Below are positions 27,894 to 36,832 of a stretch of DNA of 64,000 nt, piece by piece. Below the pieces are notes generated by a model. It did not search any database. It worked only from the letters and a program-made list of their open reading frames with translations, and was not told where the DNA came from. Source of the stretch: a virus; the IMG/VR virus record IMGVR_UViG_3300036823_000160, positions 1-64,000 of that record; one strand, 5' to 3'. Both the position numbers and the translations under genes were made by a program. Position 1 is the stretch's first letter; the number at the start of each line of letters is the position of its first letter.

Positions 27894-28732
27894 CCGCGCG
27901 TCTACCGGTCATCGGCTCGACCGCGAAGTCGACCGCGTTCGTGAGCGAGCGCCTCGACGGGCTCAATGGAACGTACCTGTTCCTCGACGGGAACGACAAG
28001 ATCACCGCGGGCAACGGGACACCCGGCGAGCCGAAGGCGAACGCGTTATCGCTCGTCCAGATCCAGGACTGTCCGGGCTCGACAGAGACGTGCCGCAAGA
28101 GCTGCTACGTTCATCCGCTCCAGAGCGCGCAGCCGGATCTACACGCACTCTATACGCACAACAGCACCGAGATCCGGCGCATCCTCGCGGACAAGCACCT
28201 CGCCGACGACTGGTCGAGGCGCCTCGCGAGCTGGATCTCGGCGAACGCTAGCGCGGGCTTTCGCTGGCATGTGAGCGGCGACGTGTTCTCGCTCGAGTAC
28301 GCCGAGTGGATCGCGGACGTGTGCCGCGAGAGCGCGAGCGTGCGCTCGTGGATCTACACGCGCTCGTTCCAATTCCTCGAGCCGCTTGTCGAAGTGTCCA
28401 CCACTCGCGGCGGCAACCTCGCGCTTAACCTGTCGGCGGACCAGGACAATTACCTCAACGCGTTCCAGGCGGTGGCGGCGCATCGCGTCCTCGGCCAATC
28501 CGTGCTGCGGATCTGCTACCTCACGACGGATGGCGAGATCCCGTTGTCGCTGCCGTTCGACTCGGTCGTGTTCCCGGACTACGCGCTGCGTCCGCGCCAG
28601 CACGCGACCCTCGCCGATAGCGAGTGGTGGCAGGGGCTCGAGCCGCGCCAACGCGCGATGGTCTGTCCGGTCGATGCGCACGGCAAGGCAGAGAAGCGGC
28701 GCTGTGGGCCCTGTCGTAAGTGCATGGACTAG
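27890..28732 (+). CDS. GP88-family (radical-SAM-like) protein
   Basis: GN.K, CPGSTETCRKSCY, FRWHVSGD, WIYTRS, C-terminal CxxCxxC. Confidence 0.8.
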   Translation: MTARLPVIGSTAKSTAFVSERLDGLNGTYLFLDGNDKITAGNGTPGEPKANALSLVQIQDCPGSTETCRKSCYVHPLQSAQPDLHALYTHNSTEIRRILADKHLADDWSRRLASWISANASAGFRWHVSGDVFSLEYAEWIADVCRESASVRSWIYTRSFQFLEPLVEVSTTRGGNLALNLSADQDNYLNAFQAVAAHRVLGQSVLRICYLTTDGEIPLSLPFDSVVFPDYALRPRQHATLADSEWWQGLEPRQRAMVCPVDAHGKAEKRRCGPCRKCMD

Positions 28733-28735
28733 CCC

Positions 28736-28981
28736 ATGGCGCAACCGATCACACCAGCCCAGGCGCACAATGCGTGCCTCGAAACCGCGTACGTGAGCCA
28801 CGTCGAGCGCGTGAACACGTTCCTGCGCAACACCCCGCCGAACACCGTAGGAGCGCGCTGGTTCTCCGTCGATGGGATCGCCTACAGCCATCTCTGGCGT
28901 CTGCAGCGCGAGTTCCAGGCCGCCGGTTGGACGGTCCGGCACATAGCGGACAGCGCGTCGTTCGTGTTCGAGGGGACCTAG
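28736..28981 (+). CDS. hypothetical protein
   Basis: ORF in the operon. Confidence 0.6.
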   Translation: MAQPITPAQAHNACLETAYVSHVERVNTFLRNTPPNTVGARWFSVDGIAYSHLWRLQREFQAAGWTVRHIADSASFVFEGT

Positions 28982-28982
28982 C

Positions 28983-29300
28983 GTGGCGCGCGACGCAGCC
29001 CGTATCCCCGATGTCATTGACGCACTTCGCGAGTATTGGCTCGCGAACCCGGATCTGCGCCTGTGCCAGGTCATCGGCAACCTCGTCAACGACGTGTGCG
29101 CGACCAAGCTCGGGCTCCAACGCGAGGTCCCGGACATGTCCTTGCGCGCGTACAACATCGAGGAGGGCGCGGTTCTCTCGTGGCTCGTGGCCCAACTCGG
29201 AGACGAATGCGATCGTTGCGGCGGCGCGCTCGCGTCGAACAGGCGCCAGACCGGTCAGCCGCTCTGGTGTTACCCGTGCCGCCCGATGATCGACCGATGA
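28983..29300 (+). CDS. hypothetical protein (RD..RI...W..NPDLRL.Q motif plus Zn finger)
   Basis: Recognisable small phage motif; CDRC..CYPC. Confidence 0.65.
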   Translation: MARDAARIPDVIDALREYWLANPDLRLCQVIGNLVNDVCATKLGLQREVPDMSLRAYNIEEGAVLSWLVAQLGDECDRCGGALASNRRQTGQPLWCYPCRPMIDR

Positions 29301-29533
29301 AGGTCTCGTTCGAGTTCGAGCTCGCGGGCACGGAGCTGACCCCGTACTACGGAGTCGTCGCCGAGTCCGATGGCAAGGTGCGCGCCAGCGGACGCTCGCG
29401 CAAGAACATCGCAAGCGCGTTCGATCTCGTGATCGCCGAACTCGTGGGCCGGAACGAGCCCGAGGACCGGTTGCTCGTCGTGTACGTGACCGCGCTGCGC
29501 AAGCAACTACCATCGGCGGCGGTGCCCTCGTGA
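29297..29533 (+). CDS. hypothetical protein
   Basis: ATGA-coupled. Confidence 0.55.
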   Translation: MKVSFEFELAGTELTPYYGVVAESDGKVRASGRSRKNIASAFDLVIAELVGRNEPEDRLLVVYVTALRKQLPSAAVPS

Positions 29534-29769
29534 CCTTCCTCGTGACCTTCGGCGAGATCTGCGCCGCGCGCGACGATGCTCTTGCACGTTGGTCCACCTG
29601 GTGTGCGATCCAGCTCGTGCTGGCGGGCACTGCGCTGCCACACATTCGGCTCTGGCCATGCGGGTTCCTGCCTGGTATGGGTCAGGTTCACGACGCTTTG
29701 CTCGGGGAGGTTTCGCACTTTGGCCGACTCGAGATCGCCGAGATCCGTCGACGACAGGGATGGACATGA
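29530..29769 (+). CDS. hypothetical protein
   Basis: Coupled overlaps at both ends. Confidence 0.5.
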   Translation: MTFLVTFGEICAARDDALARWSTWCAIQLVLAGTALPHIRLWPCGFLPGMGQVHDALLGEVSHFGRLEIAEIRRRQGWT

Positions 29770-29969
29770 GCCTCATCGGTCGCGCCGCCAGGTTCCTGGC
29801 GAAGGAACTCGCCGCCGGCGTCGTGCAGGAGTTCGGCAAGGAGCTCGGTCGACACATCGGCGACGCGCTCGGGACCGTCGCGGGTCGCCAGATCGATCCC
29901 GAACACGAGCGCGACGACAAGAAGCGCGAGGGTGCGAACGATGGCGAAACTGACGGGATCAAACCATGA
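29766..29969 (+). CDS. hypothetical protein
   Basis: Coupled overlaps at both ends. Confidence 0.55.
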   Translation: MSLIGRAARFLAKELAAGVVQEFGKELGRHIGDALGTVAGRQIDPEHERDDKKREGANDGETDGIKP

Positions 29970-30325
29970 CACACCTGCGCTGGCTCGTGGATCGTTTGGT
30001 GTCTCGGGTGTGGTTCTGGCGCCATCACATCGAGGCCGTGATGCCGACCGACCAGGTTGGTCAGTACATGGCCGAGTGCTCGTGCGGTGGCGGGGTGCAG
30101 TTCGTGGCGCACTGGTCGCACGCGTCCGTGATCACGGTCTCGACGTGCGCGCTCGGCTCATGGTTGATGTGCCGCGGTCACGGTGTCGCGTTGTCACCCG
30201 CACGCATCGATCGATCGAGCGCTGAAAGCGCTCGCCCGATCTCGCGGTTCCTCGTCGAGTGCAGCTCGACCGCGTCGCCTCGTTTAGTACGACCGCGCTT
30301 GCGTTCGACCTCGAGACCCACGTAG
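29966..30325 (+). CDS. hypothetical protein (3' end uncertain, overlaps polA start)
   Basis: ATGA-coupled start. Confidence 0.4.
   Translation: MTHLRWLVDRLVSRVWFWRHHIEAVMPTDQVGQYMAECSCGGGVQFVAHWSHASVITVSTCALGSWLMCRGHGVALSPARIDRSSAESARPISRFLVECSSTASPRLVRPRLRSTSRPT
30224..30249 (+). promoter_or_regulatory. ECF-type promoter of polA (GAAAGC-N17-GTT)
   Basis: GTG 30259 is 9 nt downstream. Confidence 0.7.
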
Positions 30326-31728
30326 TACAGCCAGGGCTTCTAGTCCCGCCTGTCGTGTGCGGGTCGGCGGCGTGGCTCGAACCCGGACCGACGATCGCGG
30401 GTGCCCTCCTGGCCAAACAAGACGCGCTCGAGGCGTTCGCGAACGCGATCGAGGACCCGAACGTCGTCATCGTGGGCGCGAATATCGCCTACGACCTCGC
30501 GTGCTGTGTCGTCGAGCTCGCTCGGCTGGGCGTCGACGCGATACCTCAGGTGTTCGGCGCGCTCGAGGACGGCCGCGTGTTCGACGTGCAGATTGCCGAG
30601 GCGCTCAACGCGATCGCGTGCGGTCACCTTGGCAAGGATCCAAGGACGATGCAGCCGATCGTCACGCCGGGCACGAAGAAGCGTGGCCGGTACTCACTCT
30701 CGACCTGCGTCCTTCACGTGCTAGGACGCAGCGACGCGAAGGCGAACGACGAGTGGCGACTGCGCTACGCCGAGCTCGAGCACGTGCCGATCGCGGACTG
30801 GCCTACGGCCGCGCGCGACTACCCCATCGACGACGCGAAGAACACGCTTGAGGTCGGGCTAGCTCAGACAGGGCAGTTGCCGAAGGTCTATTCTAAGCAC
30901 TCGTTCGTCGACGTCGAAGGGCCCGAGAACCAGATCACGAGCGCGTGCCAGAACTGCGGCTCGACTCGGCACGCGATCGAATGCGTCGGTCGCGGGCCAC
31001 ACGCCAATCTCGTCGACCACGCGCGCCAGGTCCATACCGCGTTCTGTCTCCACCTCGGCGCGATGTGGGGGTTCCATGTCGATCAGGACGCGGTCGACAT
31101 CATCGAGCGTCACGCGATCCGTGATCGCGACAACGGTGTGACCCCGTTCCGCGAGGCCGGGATCGTGCGCGAGGACGGATCCGAGGACCAGTCGCTCCTC
31201 AAGAAACTTGTCCTGCTCGCATACGCACCGGACAGCGCCCCGTGCCCGTGCTGTGCCGGGACCGGCAGGATCCCCAGCCCGACGCAGAAACCCCTCCGGT
31301 GCCCGGCCTGTCGAGGCCGCTGCCAGCCCTGGAAGGGCGGCGGCAAGATCAAGGAGCCGACGGTCGAGTACTGCGCTACGTGCGCGACCGAGCAGTGCCC
31401 CACGGGATCGGGAAAGGTCCCCCACCCGAGGCCCGAGTTGATCGGCTGTGTCCTGCCCGAGAAGGTCAAGACCTGCGACGGAACCGGGTACGCGCTGACC
31501 GAGAGCGTTCCCAAGACGAACACCGGCGGCGTGGGCAAGGGCCGCAGCGTGCTGCACGAGTCCGGGGACGAGTTCCTGATGCGGCTCGGCGACTACAAGA
31601 AAAACGCGAAGGTCCTGCGCGTATACGTGCCGTACTTGCGCGGCGTCTTGATCGAGGACGACGAACACGGGGACGGCGCCGCCGTGGCTCCCGTAGAGGA
31701 ACCGGAGGAGGCCAGCGATGCTGAGTGA
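30259..31728 (+). CDS. polA: family A DNA polymerase, N-terminal part (3'-5' exonuclease plus thumb, with Zn-finger inserts)
   Basis: ExoI AFDLET, ExoII GANIAYD, ExoIII DYPIDD, WGFHVD, K..KVLRVYVPYL. Confidence 0.85.
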   Translation: MQLDRVASFSTTALAFDLETHVVQPGLLVPPVVCGSAAWLEPGPTIAGALLAKQDALEAFANAIEDPNVVIVGANIAYDLACCVVELARLGVDAIPQVFGALEDGRVFDVQIAEALNAIACGHLGKDPRTMQPIVTPGTKKRGRYSLSTCVLHVLGRSDAKANDEWRLRYAELEHVPIADWPTAARDYPIDDAKNTLEVGLAQTGQLPKVYSKHSFVDVEGPENQITSACQNCGSTRHAIECVGRGPHANLVDHARQVHTAFCLHLGAMWGFHVDQDAVDIIERHAIRDRDNGVTPFREAGIVREDGSEDQSLLKKLVLLAYAPDSAPCPCCAGTGRIPSPTQKPLRCPACRGRCQPWKGGGKIKEPTVEYCATCATEQCPTGSGKVPHPRPELIGCVLPEKVKTCDGTGYALTESVPKTNTGGVGKGRSVLHESGDEFLMRLGDYKKNAKVLRVYVPYLRGVLIEDDEHGDGAAVAPVEEPEEASDAE

Positions 31729-31969
31729 CTTAGATAGCGAGTGCCCGAACGACTGCTGGTGCCGCTTTGTGCGCGTGGACGGTGTTCCCATCGAGATCGA
31801 GGAAGACAAACCGTTCACGGACCCTCGCTCGATCGCGTGCCCCGAAGCGGCCTGTGTGGGTACGCTTCGCTCCGGCGGACGCAACGTTCCCAACACACTC
31901 ACGTTCCTGATCTGCGACGTGTGCGCGTGCGCGTATGTCGCCGAGGACCGGCCGGGGATCTCGACGTGA
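31718..31969 (+). CDS. Cys-rich 83-aa protein between the two polA halves
   Basis: GGAGGAG SD at 31704-31710; 8 Cys; TGA overlaps GTG 31966. Confidence 0.65.
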   Translation: MLSDLDSECPNDCWCRFVRVDGVPIEIEEDKPFTDPRSIACPEAACVGTLRSGGRNVPNTLTFLICDVCACAYVAEDRPGIST

Positions 31970-33243
31970 CGCGCACGGTCCCGCTCACGCTGCGGCCGAA
32001 CGTGATCGTCGATACCGGACGCGTCTCGTATGACGGCGTGGTCCAGCTGTTCCCACGCAAGGGTGGCTATCGGGATCGCCAGAGCAAGGAGTGGGTCCCG
32101 TCGCTGCGCGAGTGTATCGTCGCTCGTCCCGGCTACGTGTTCTCGAGCGAGGACTACACGGCCGGCGAACTGTTCACGCATGCACAGTCGTGCCTGTGGT
32201 TGCTCGGGTACTCCGATCTCGCCAAGACCCTACTCGCGGGCATCAATCCGCACGCCGAGCTCGCGTCGCGCGTGCTCGGGATCGCCTACGAGCAGTTCGA
32301 CAAGAAGATCAAGCAGCACGCCGACACGCGCCAGGCCGCCAAGCCCGTCGTGTTCGGCAAGCCGGGAGGCATGGGTGACGCGAAGATGGTCATCCAGCAG
32401 CGCTCGCAAGGCCCGGACACGCCGTGCCCCGACGGGCCGTCCGAGGTCGACGACGGTAACGGCGACAAGGTCCCCGGCTATACGGGGTTGCGGTTCTGCG
32501 TTCTGATGAACGGTGCGCGCCGGTGTGGCGAGCACCCGGACGGCCGGCCGAACCGGACCACGCGCTGGGGCGGCAAGTACTCGAAGCCGATCGCGCCGAC
32601 GTGCGTAGCGTGTCTTGAGTGCGCGGCCCAGATCAGCCGGATCTGGAAGGACTCGGGTCGAGAGAACCAGCCCTACTTCAACCTCGTCGAGGAATTCGGC
32701 GAGTACGGCATGACCATCACGCCGGACATGATCGCGCGCTGGCCGTGGATCGGCGAGTGGTACGAGCCCGGCCAGCAGTTGGCGCCTGGCCAGGTGATGC
32801 AGCACTGGTCGGGGAGGCTTCGCGGCGGCCTCGATTTCTGCGACATGGCGAACGGGTTCTTTCAGGCGCTGCTCGCGGACGCGACGAAGTCCGCGCTGCG
32901 CCGCATCGTGCGCGAGTGCTACGTCCACACGATTGTTCCCGAGTTCGCGCACGAGAACTCGCGGCGCTCGCAGTTCGCAGGCTGTCCGTCACCGTTACTG
33001 GGTTCGCGCGCGATCGGGTTCTTCCATGATGAACTCTTTATGGAGCATCCCGAGTCGATCGCACACGAGGCCGCGACGCGCGTGTCCGAGATCATGGTCG
33101 AGGAGCTCGTGTGGATCTGCCCCGACGTCGGGCCGAAGGTATCCGCGGAACCGACGCTGATGCGCCGCTGGAGCAAGAGCGCGGAGAAGGTCACGGACGC
33201 CAACGGGCGCCTGATCCCGTGGGAGCCGCGGATCGCGGCGTAG
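31966..33243 (+). CDS. polA: family A DNA polymerase, C-terminal part (palm/fingers)
   Basis: TGRVS, motif A DYTAGEL, motif B RQAAKPVVFGKPGG, NGFFQALLAD, motif C HDE. Confidence 0.9.
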   Translation: MTRTVPLTLRPNVIVDTGRVSYDGVVQLFPRKGGYRDRQSKEWVPSLRECIVARPGYVFSSEDYTAGELFTHAQSCLWLLGYSDLAKTLLAGINPHAELASRVLGIAYEQFDKKIKQHADTRQAAKPVVFGKPGGMGDAKMVIQQRSQGPDTPCPDGPSEVDDGNGDKVPGYTGLRFCVLMNGARRCGEHPDGRPNRTTRWGGKYSKPIAPTCVACLECAAQISRIWKDSGRENQPYFNLVEEFGEYGMTITPDMIARWPWIGEWYEPGQQLAPGQVMQHWSGRLRGGLDFCDMANGFFQALLADATKSALRRIVRECYVHTIVPEFAHENSRRSQFAGCPSPLLGSRAIGFFHDELFMEHPESIAHEAATRVSEIMVEELVWICPDVGPKVSAEPTLMRRWSKSAEKVTDANGRLIPWEPRIAA

Positions 33244-33244
33244 C

Positions 33245-33270
33245 GAAAGCGCAAGAACGAGTTCGCGGTT
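33245..33270 (+). promoter_or_regulatory. ECF-type promoter (GAAAGC-N17-GTT)
   Basis: ATG 9 nt downstream. Confidence 0.7.
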
Positions 33271-33279
33271 GCGGGCCGC

Positions 33280-33819
33280 ATGAGCCAGAAGACGACCACG
33301 ACCTGCGACCACTGCAAGGCACACACGGGCACGTACGTGACCGCGTTCGGAAACTCGACCAGTTTGATATCCGAGACGCGGCACTACTGCGAGATGTGCT
33401 GGAATGGGTTCGCGGCCGCGATTGCGCTCGGTCCCGACGACGCACTGACTCGCGCACTGCACAAGCTAGAGTCCGCCGAGCGCGACTGCCGTACGGCCGA
33501 GACTTCGGCCACAACCGAGAAGGCTCGGGTCGAGTATCTGTCGAAAGAGGGTGCGGCAGCGGCCCAGCGTGCGTCCGTGGCCGAGCGGCGCGTTGCCGAG
33601 CTCGAGGCACGTTTCAAGGACGCGTGCGCAGCGCAGGGGCAGCTTCAGGGTCAGCTGCAGACCTTCGAGCTTGCGGCGCGCACCGTGTCGAGTGCCGCCG
33701 ATCAGCTCCTGGTCGAGATGCGCGGGAAGGACCGGCGCCGTTACCAGGACCTCATTGACGGACTCGCGGAAGCGATCGACAAGTGGTCCGAAGTCGTGGG
33801 CGCGGAGGGCGTCCAGTGA
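33280..33819 (+). CDS. Zn-finger plus coiled-coil hypothetical protein
   Basis: CDHC..CEMC, then heptad-like region. Confidence 0.7.
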   Translation: MSQKTTTTCDHCKAHTGTYVTAFGNSTSLISETRHYCEMCWNGFAAAIALGPDDALTRALHKLESAERDCRTAETSATTEKARVEYLSKEGAAAAQRASVAERRVAELEARFKDACAAQGQLQGQLQTFELAARTVSSAADQLLVEMRGKDRRRYQDLIDGLAEAIDKWSEVVGAEGVQ

Positions 33820-34316
33820 TCCTCGTCAGGCTCGCCGCCGCCGCCGCGTTCGCGATCCTGATCGCACTCGCCGCCCCTTTCCCGTCGCCGACAGCGGACC
33901 GCGTTCGTGCGCTGCCCGACACGGCGCTCACGAGCGAGGCGGCGGACGAGAACGTCGCCGCGGCGCGGATCGCGGGCATGCTCACGGGTGAGCGGCCCGA
34001 GATCCTGCTCGCGCTCGCATGGCACGAGTCGCGCTTCATCTCGAACGCGGTCTCACGGGAGGCGAACGGCCTGGTTAGCTGCGGAATCGCGACCCCAGAA
34101 CCACAGGCCAAGTGCGAGGACGAGCCGCTCGTGATCCAGTACCAGCGCGGCGCCGAGCACCTCGCGGGCTGGCGGCGCGCACTCGGCGATCGAGCGCTGT
34201 TTGGATACGCGGGTGGGTACCGACTCAACAAGGCGTGCCTCGCCGGCTCGACGGTGCGCGGGTGCACTTTCCCGGCGTGGATGGAGTCGCTCGCGAACCG
34301 GATCGCGGGTCTCTGA
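33816..34316 (+). CDS. secreted lytic transglycosylase (SLT)-like protein
   Basis: Signal peptide; LLALAWHESRF catalytic-Glu motif; SCGI; ALFGYAGG. Confidence 0.6.
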   Translation: MILVRLAAAAAFAILIALAAPFPSPTADRVRALPDTALTSEAADENVAAARIAGMLTGERPEILLALAWHESRFISNAVSREANGLVSCGIATPEPQAKCEDEPLVIQYQRGAEHLAGWRRALGDRALFGYAGGYRLNKACLAGSTVRGCTFPAWMESLANRIAGL

Positions 34317-34342
34317 AAAGCGGACCTGTCAGCGCGCGGGTT
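34316..34342 (+). promoter_or_regulatory. ECF-type promoter (AAAAGC-N18-GTT)
   Basis: ATG 10 nt downstream. Confidence 0.6.
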
Positions 34343-34352
34343 CGGGTGCTCG

Positions 34353-34586
34353 ATGTTCCACAAGGTATCGGATATCGAGGCGAAGCCGCTGCCGGCCAAA
34401 CAGTTCAACGTCAGCACGTCGGGCGGCTGGTTCGCGCCAAGCAGCTCGGGCAAGCAGACGTCCACCTCCACGGTTGGGCACACGACCTGGCGCTGCAACA
34501 ACTGCCGCGCGCTCGCGGTAGGACCGATCGGGTGTGCGCCACCGACCGAGTGCGGGAAATGCCACAGCAAGGGAGGTGCCGGGTGA
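34353..34586 (+). CDS. small Zn-ribbon protein
   Basis: CNNC..CGKC. Confidence 0.6.
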   Translation: MFHKVSDIEAKPLPAKQFNVSTSGGWFAPSSSGKQTSTSTVGHTTWRCNNCRALAVGPIGCAPPTECGKCHSKGGAG

Positions 34587-34858
34587 AGTCCAAGCTATCG
34601 AAGTCACAGGTTCGCAAACAGGCCGTGTTCATCTGCCAGACCGCGGCGATTAACCCCGTAGCATACCACGGCGAGTTCTACGACCGTGTCGTCGATACGT
34701 TTGGGCTCTCCAAGCCAGCTCGGCACCTCGCGGTCGCGGCTTGGGTTGCCGTCGTACACGGGAGTTCTTGGACGATCGAGACCGACGGCGAGGCGGCGGC
34801 CTTGCTCGCTACCGGATGGTCGCCCGGGGTAGCGATTAAGCGGAGGCGTAGCGAGTGA
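34583..34858 (+). CDS. hypothetical protein
   Basis: GGAGG SD; GTGA overlap. Confidence 0.6.
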   Translation: MKSKLSKSQVRKQAVFICQTAAINPVAYHGEFYDRVVDTFGLSKPARHLAVAAWVAVVHGSSWTIETDGEAAALLATGWSPGVAIKRRRSE

Positions 34859-34882
34859 ACGCGGTCGTCCCACTCCGGGGTT
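34857..34882 (+). promoter_or_regulatory. ECF-type promoter variant (GAACGC-N17-GTT)
   Basis: ATG 10 nt downstream. Confidence 0.55.
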
Positions 34883-34892
34883 CGACCGTTCG

Positions 34893-36317
34893 ATGATCAG
34901 AATTCAAGCACTCCTCGTGTTCGCACTCGTGACCACCCTCGCGTGCGAACGCGGCCCACTCCAGTCCGCGGACTCGGCCGAACTGGTCACCGGCGCTCTC
35001 GGGAATTGTGCTGTCCCGGCGGCAATTCCCGACGACGGTTTCGATGACCTGGGTGCGATCCAGGCCGCGCTCGACGGCCAAGGCTGCGCCGAGCTCGGAA
35101 CCGGCCGATACGACATCTTCACGCCATCCGAGCCCAAGACGGGGCGCCGACCGATCGCGATGCTGGTCGTGTCGTCAGGAGAGCGCCTCTCCGGCGCAGG
35201 TCCCGGGACCACGCTTGCGTTCTCGGGTTCCGCGCAGCTCGCGGACTGGTACGGCGTCGAGGTGACCGGCTCGGGCGCCGAGATCGAGGACCTCACCATC
35301 GACTCGACCGAGGTCACTGGCGCGTCCGAGCAGACGCACGCGGTGCAGGTGACCGGGCCCGCGACCGCCGTCTCCGTGCGCAGCGTGTGGTTCGATCATG
35401 CGCCGGCGCCGAACGGCGGCGACTGCATCAAGGTGGTGGGCTACCCGGCCACGGAGGTCGTCGGTCTAGATCTCGAGCACGACGAGTTCATGCACTGTCC
35501 GCGCTCCGGCGTGGACGTCCACTCCGGCCTTCACGGCCTGCGCCTCACCGATAGCGGGTTCTACGGCGTGGCCAAGGTCGACATCACGAGCGAGGACGGC
35601 TCCGACAAGTCGGGGTGGGTGATCGCGAACAATGTGATGACCGAAGTCGGGATCGGTGACGCGATCGACCTCGAGTACGTCGACGGTGTCACGATCGCGA
35701 ACAACACGATGCTGGGACGCGGCTTTTTCGCGTTCGACACGTCGCATCTGTCGTTCACCGGGAACTACGTAGCCGAGACCGCGGGCACCGCCTCCGGGGG
35801 CGTCGTGTACCTCGAACGTAACGTCACCGACGCGGTGCTGACCGGTAACGTGATCCTCCGCGGACCAGGCGCGCCGGCCGGTCCTGCGGTCGAGCTCGCG
35901 GCCGACAACGGGGGCTGGCCCCAGCGCGTGAGCCTCTACGCGAACCAGGTCTATCAAGGCGGTGCGTCATCGGCGATCGTGATCGCGACCGGGATCGACA
36001 TCACGGTCGCCGGCAACGACGTGTACCTCGCGGACAGCGACAGCACCGCAATGGGTATCTCGATCACCGGTGTGTCCGCTCGCTCGGACTCGATCGCGAT
36101 CGCAAACAACCGCATCCGCGGCGTCTCGATCGCGGCCGCCCTTCGCATCTCGGGCTCGTACGACGGCCTCGGCGCAATCACCGCGACCGGTAACACCGCG
36201 CGCGGCGCGGCCACGGGCCTGCGCTGCGAAACCCCCAGCGGGATCGCCGGCCCCGTCGTCAGCACGGGCAACAACTGGCCGGCGAGCGGCTGCACGATCG
36301 CAACCGCGGGGCTGTAA
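34893..36317 (+). CDS. right-handed beta-helix (pectin-lyase-fold) lipoprotein
   Basis: TLA-C lipobox-like signal; DDGFDDLGAIQAALD cap; repeated I.NN/GN rungs. Confidence 0.8.
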   Translation: MIRIQALLVFALVTTLACERGPLQSADSAELVTGALGNCAVPAAIPDDGFDDLGAIQAALDGQGCAELGTGRYDIFTPSEPKTGRRPIAMLVVSSGERLSGAGPGTTLAFSGSAQLADWYGVEVTGSGAEIEDLTIDSTEVTGASEQTHAVQVTGPATAVSVRSVWFDHAPAPNGGDCIKVVGYPATEVVGLDLEHDEFMHCPRSGVDVHSGLHGLRLTDSGFYGVAKVDITSEDGSDKSGWVIANNVMTEVGIGDAIDLEYVDGVTIANNTMLGRGFFAFDTSHLSFTGNYVAETAGTASGGVVYLERNVTDAVLTGNVILRGPGAPAGPAVELAADNGGWPQRVSLYANQVYQGGASSAIVIATGIDITVAGNDVYLADSDSTAMGISITGVSARSDSIAIANNRIRGVSIAAALRISGSYDGLGAITATGNTARGAATGLRCETPSGIAGPVVSTGNNWPASGCTIATAGL

Positions 36318-36832
36318 TGGACGCGTTCGCCCCTACCCTGCCCGAGCCCGTGCTCCTGACCTCGATCTGTCGCTGCGCGTCGCCGCACGAGCATGCGAGC
36401 CGAGCCGTGGACAACGCCACGAGCTCACACGCCTCCGAGATCGCGCACCAGCGCAGGGAAGCTGACGTCGTGCTCGCGACCGCGAACAAGCGCATCGCCG
36501 AGCTCCGCGCGAACACCCCAAACCCGGACGACTACGAGGTCGTGCGGTTCAACCGCGTCGGCGGTCATGTCGTGATGCAGGTCCGCTACCCGAGCTGCGC
36601 CAAGTGCGCGTTCGAGGGCCTGAAGACGATGGTGTTCCTGAACGTCGACGAGGCGAAGATCATGCGCTGGCGTCGGATCGATCCGCACTTCCGCAACGAG
36701 ATCAAGACCACGCTCCTGGACGTGACCGGGAAGAACGCACCATCGCCGGCGGCGCGCTTCCCAGGTAACGACACCGGGTGGGCGGACGCGATCGAGTACG
36801 CGGAGCGCAAGCGCGCCGGGACTATCCGATGA
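36317..36832 (+). CDS. conserved phage hypothetical protein
   Basis: YP.C..FEG.K, IDPHF, SPAARFP..GW motifs. Confidence 0.7.
   Translation: MDAFAPTLPEPVLLTSICRCASPHEHASRAVDNATSSHASEIAHQRREADVVLATANKRIAELRANTPNPDDYEVVRFNRVGGHVVMQVRYPSCAKCAFEGLKTMVFLNVDEAKIMRWRRIDPHFRNEIKTTLLDVTGKNAPSPAARFPGNDTGWADAIEYAERKRAGTIR

Noticed and set aside
30204-30225. ATCG triplication as a programmed frameshift in ORF 29966
   Set aside because: Removing 8 nt would end the ORF at TGA 30223, but there is no independent support.
31726-31740. Stop-codon reassignment or readthrough joining the polA halves
   Set aside because: Two different stops (TGA, TAG) would both need suppression; both are used as normal stops throughout, and the in-frame intervening translation is not protein-like.
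31640-31990. Split intein in polA
   Set aside because: No intein N-terminal block after the split point and no HN-C/S/T motif at the start of the C-half.
30859-32181. Long opposite-strand ORFs (also 10732-11874, 41276-42646, 50340-51722, 55349-56503 and the upstream part of 1465-2889)
   Set aside because: Shadow ORFs expected at high GC; they overlap genes with clear motifs and have none of their own.
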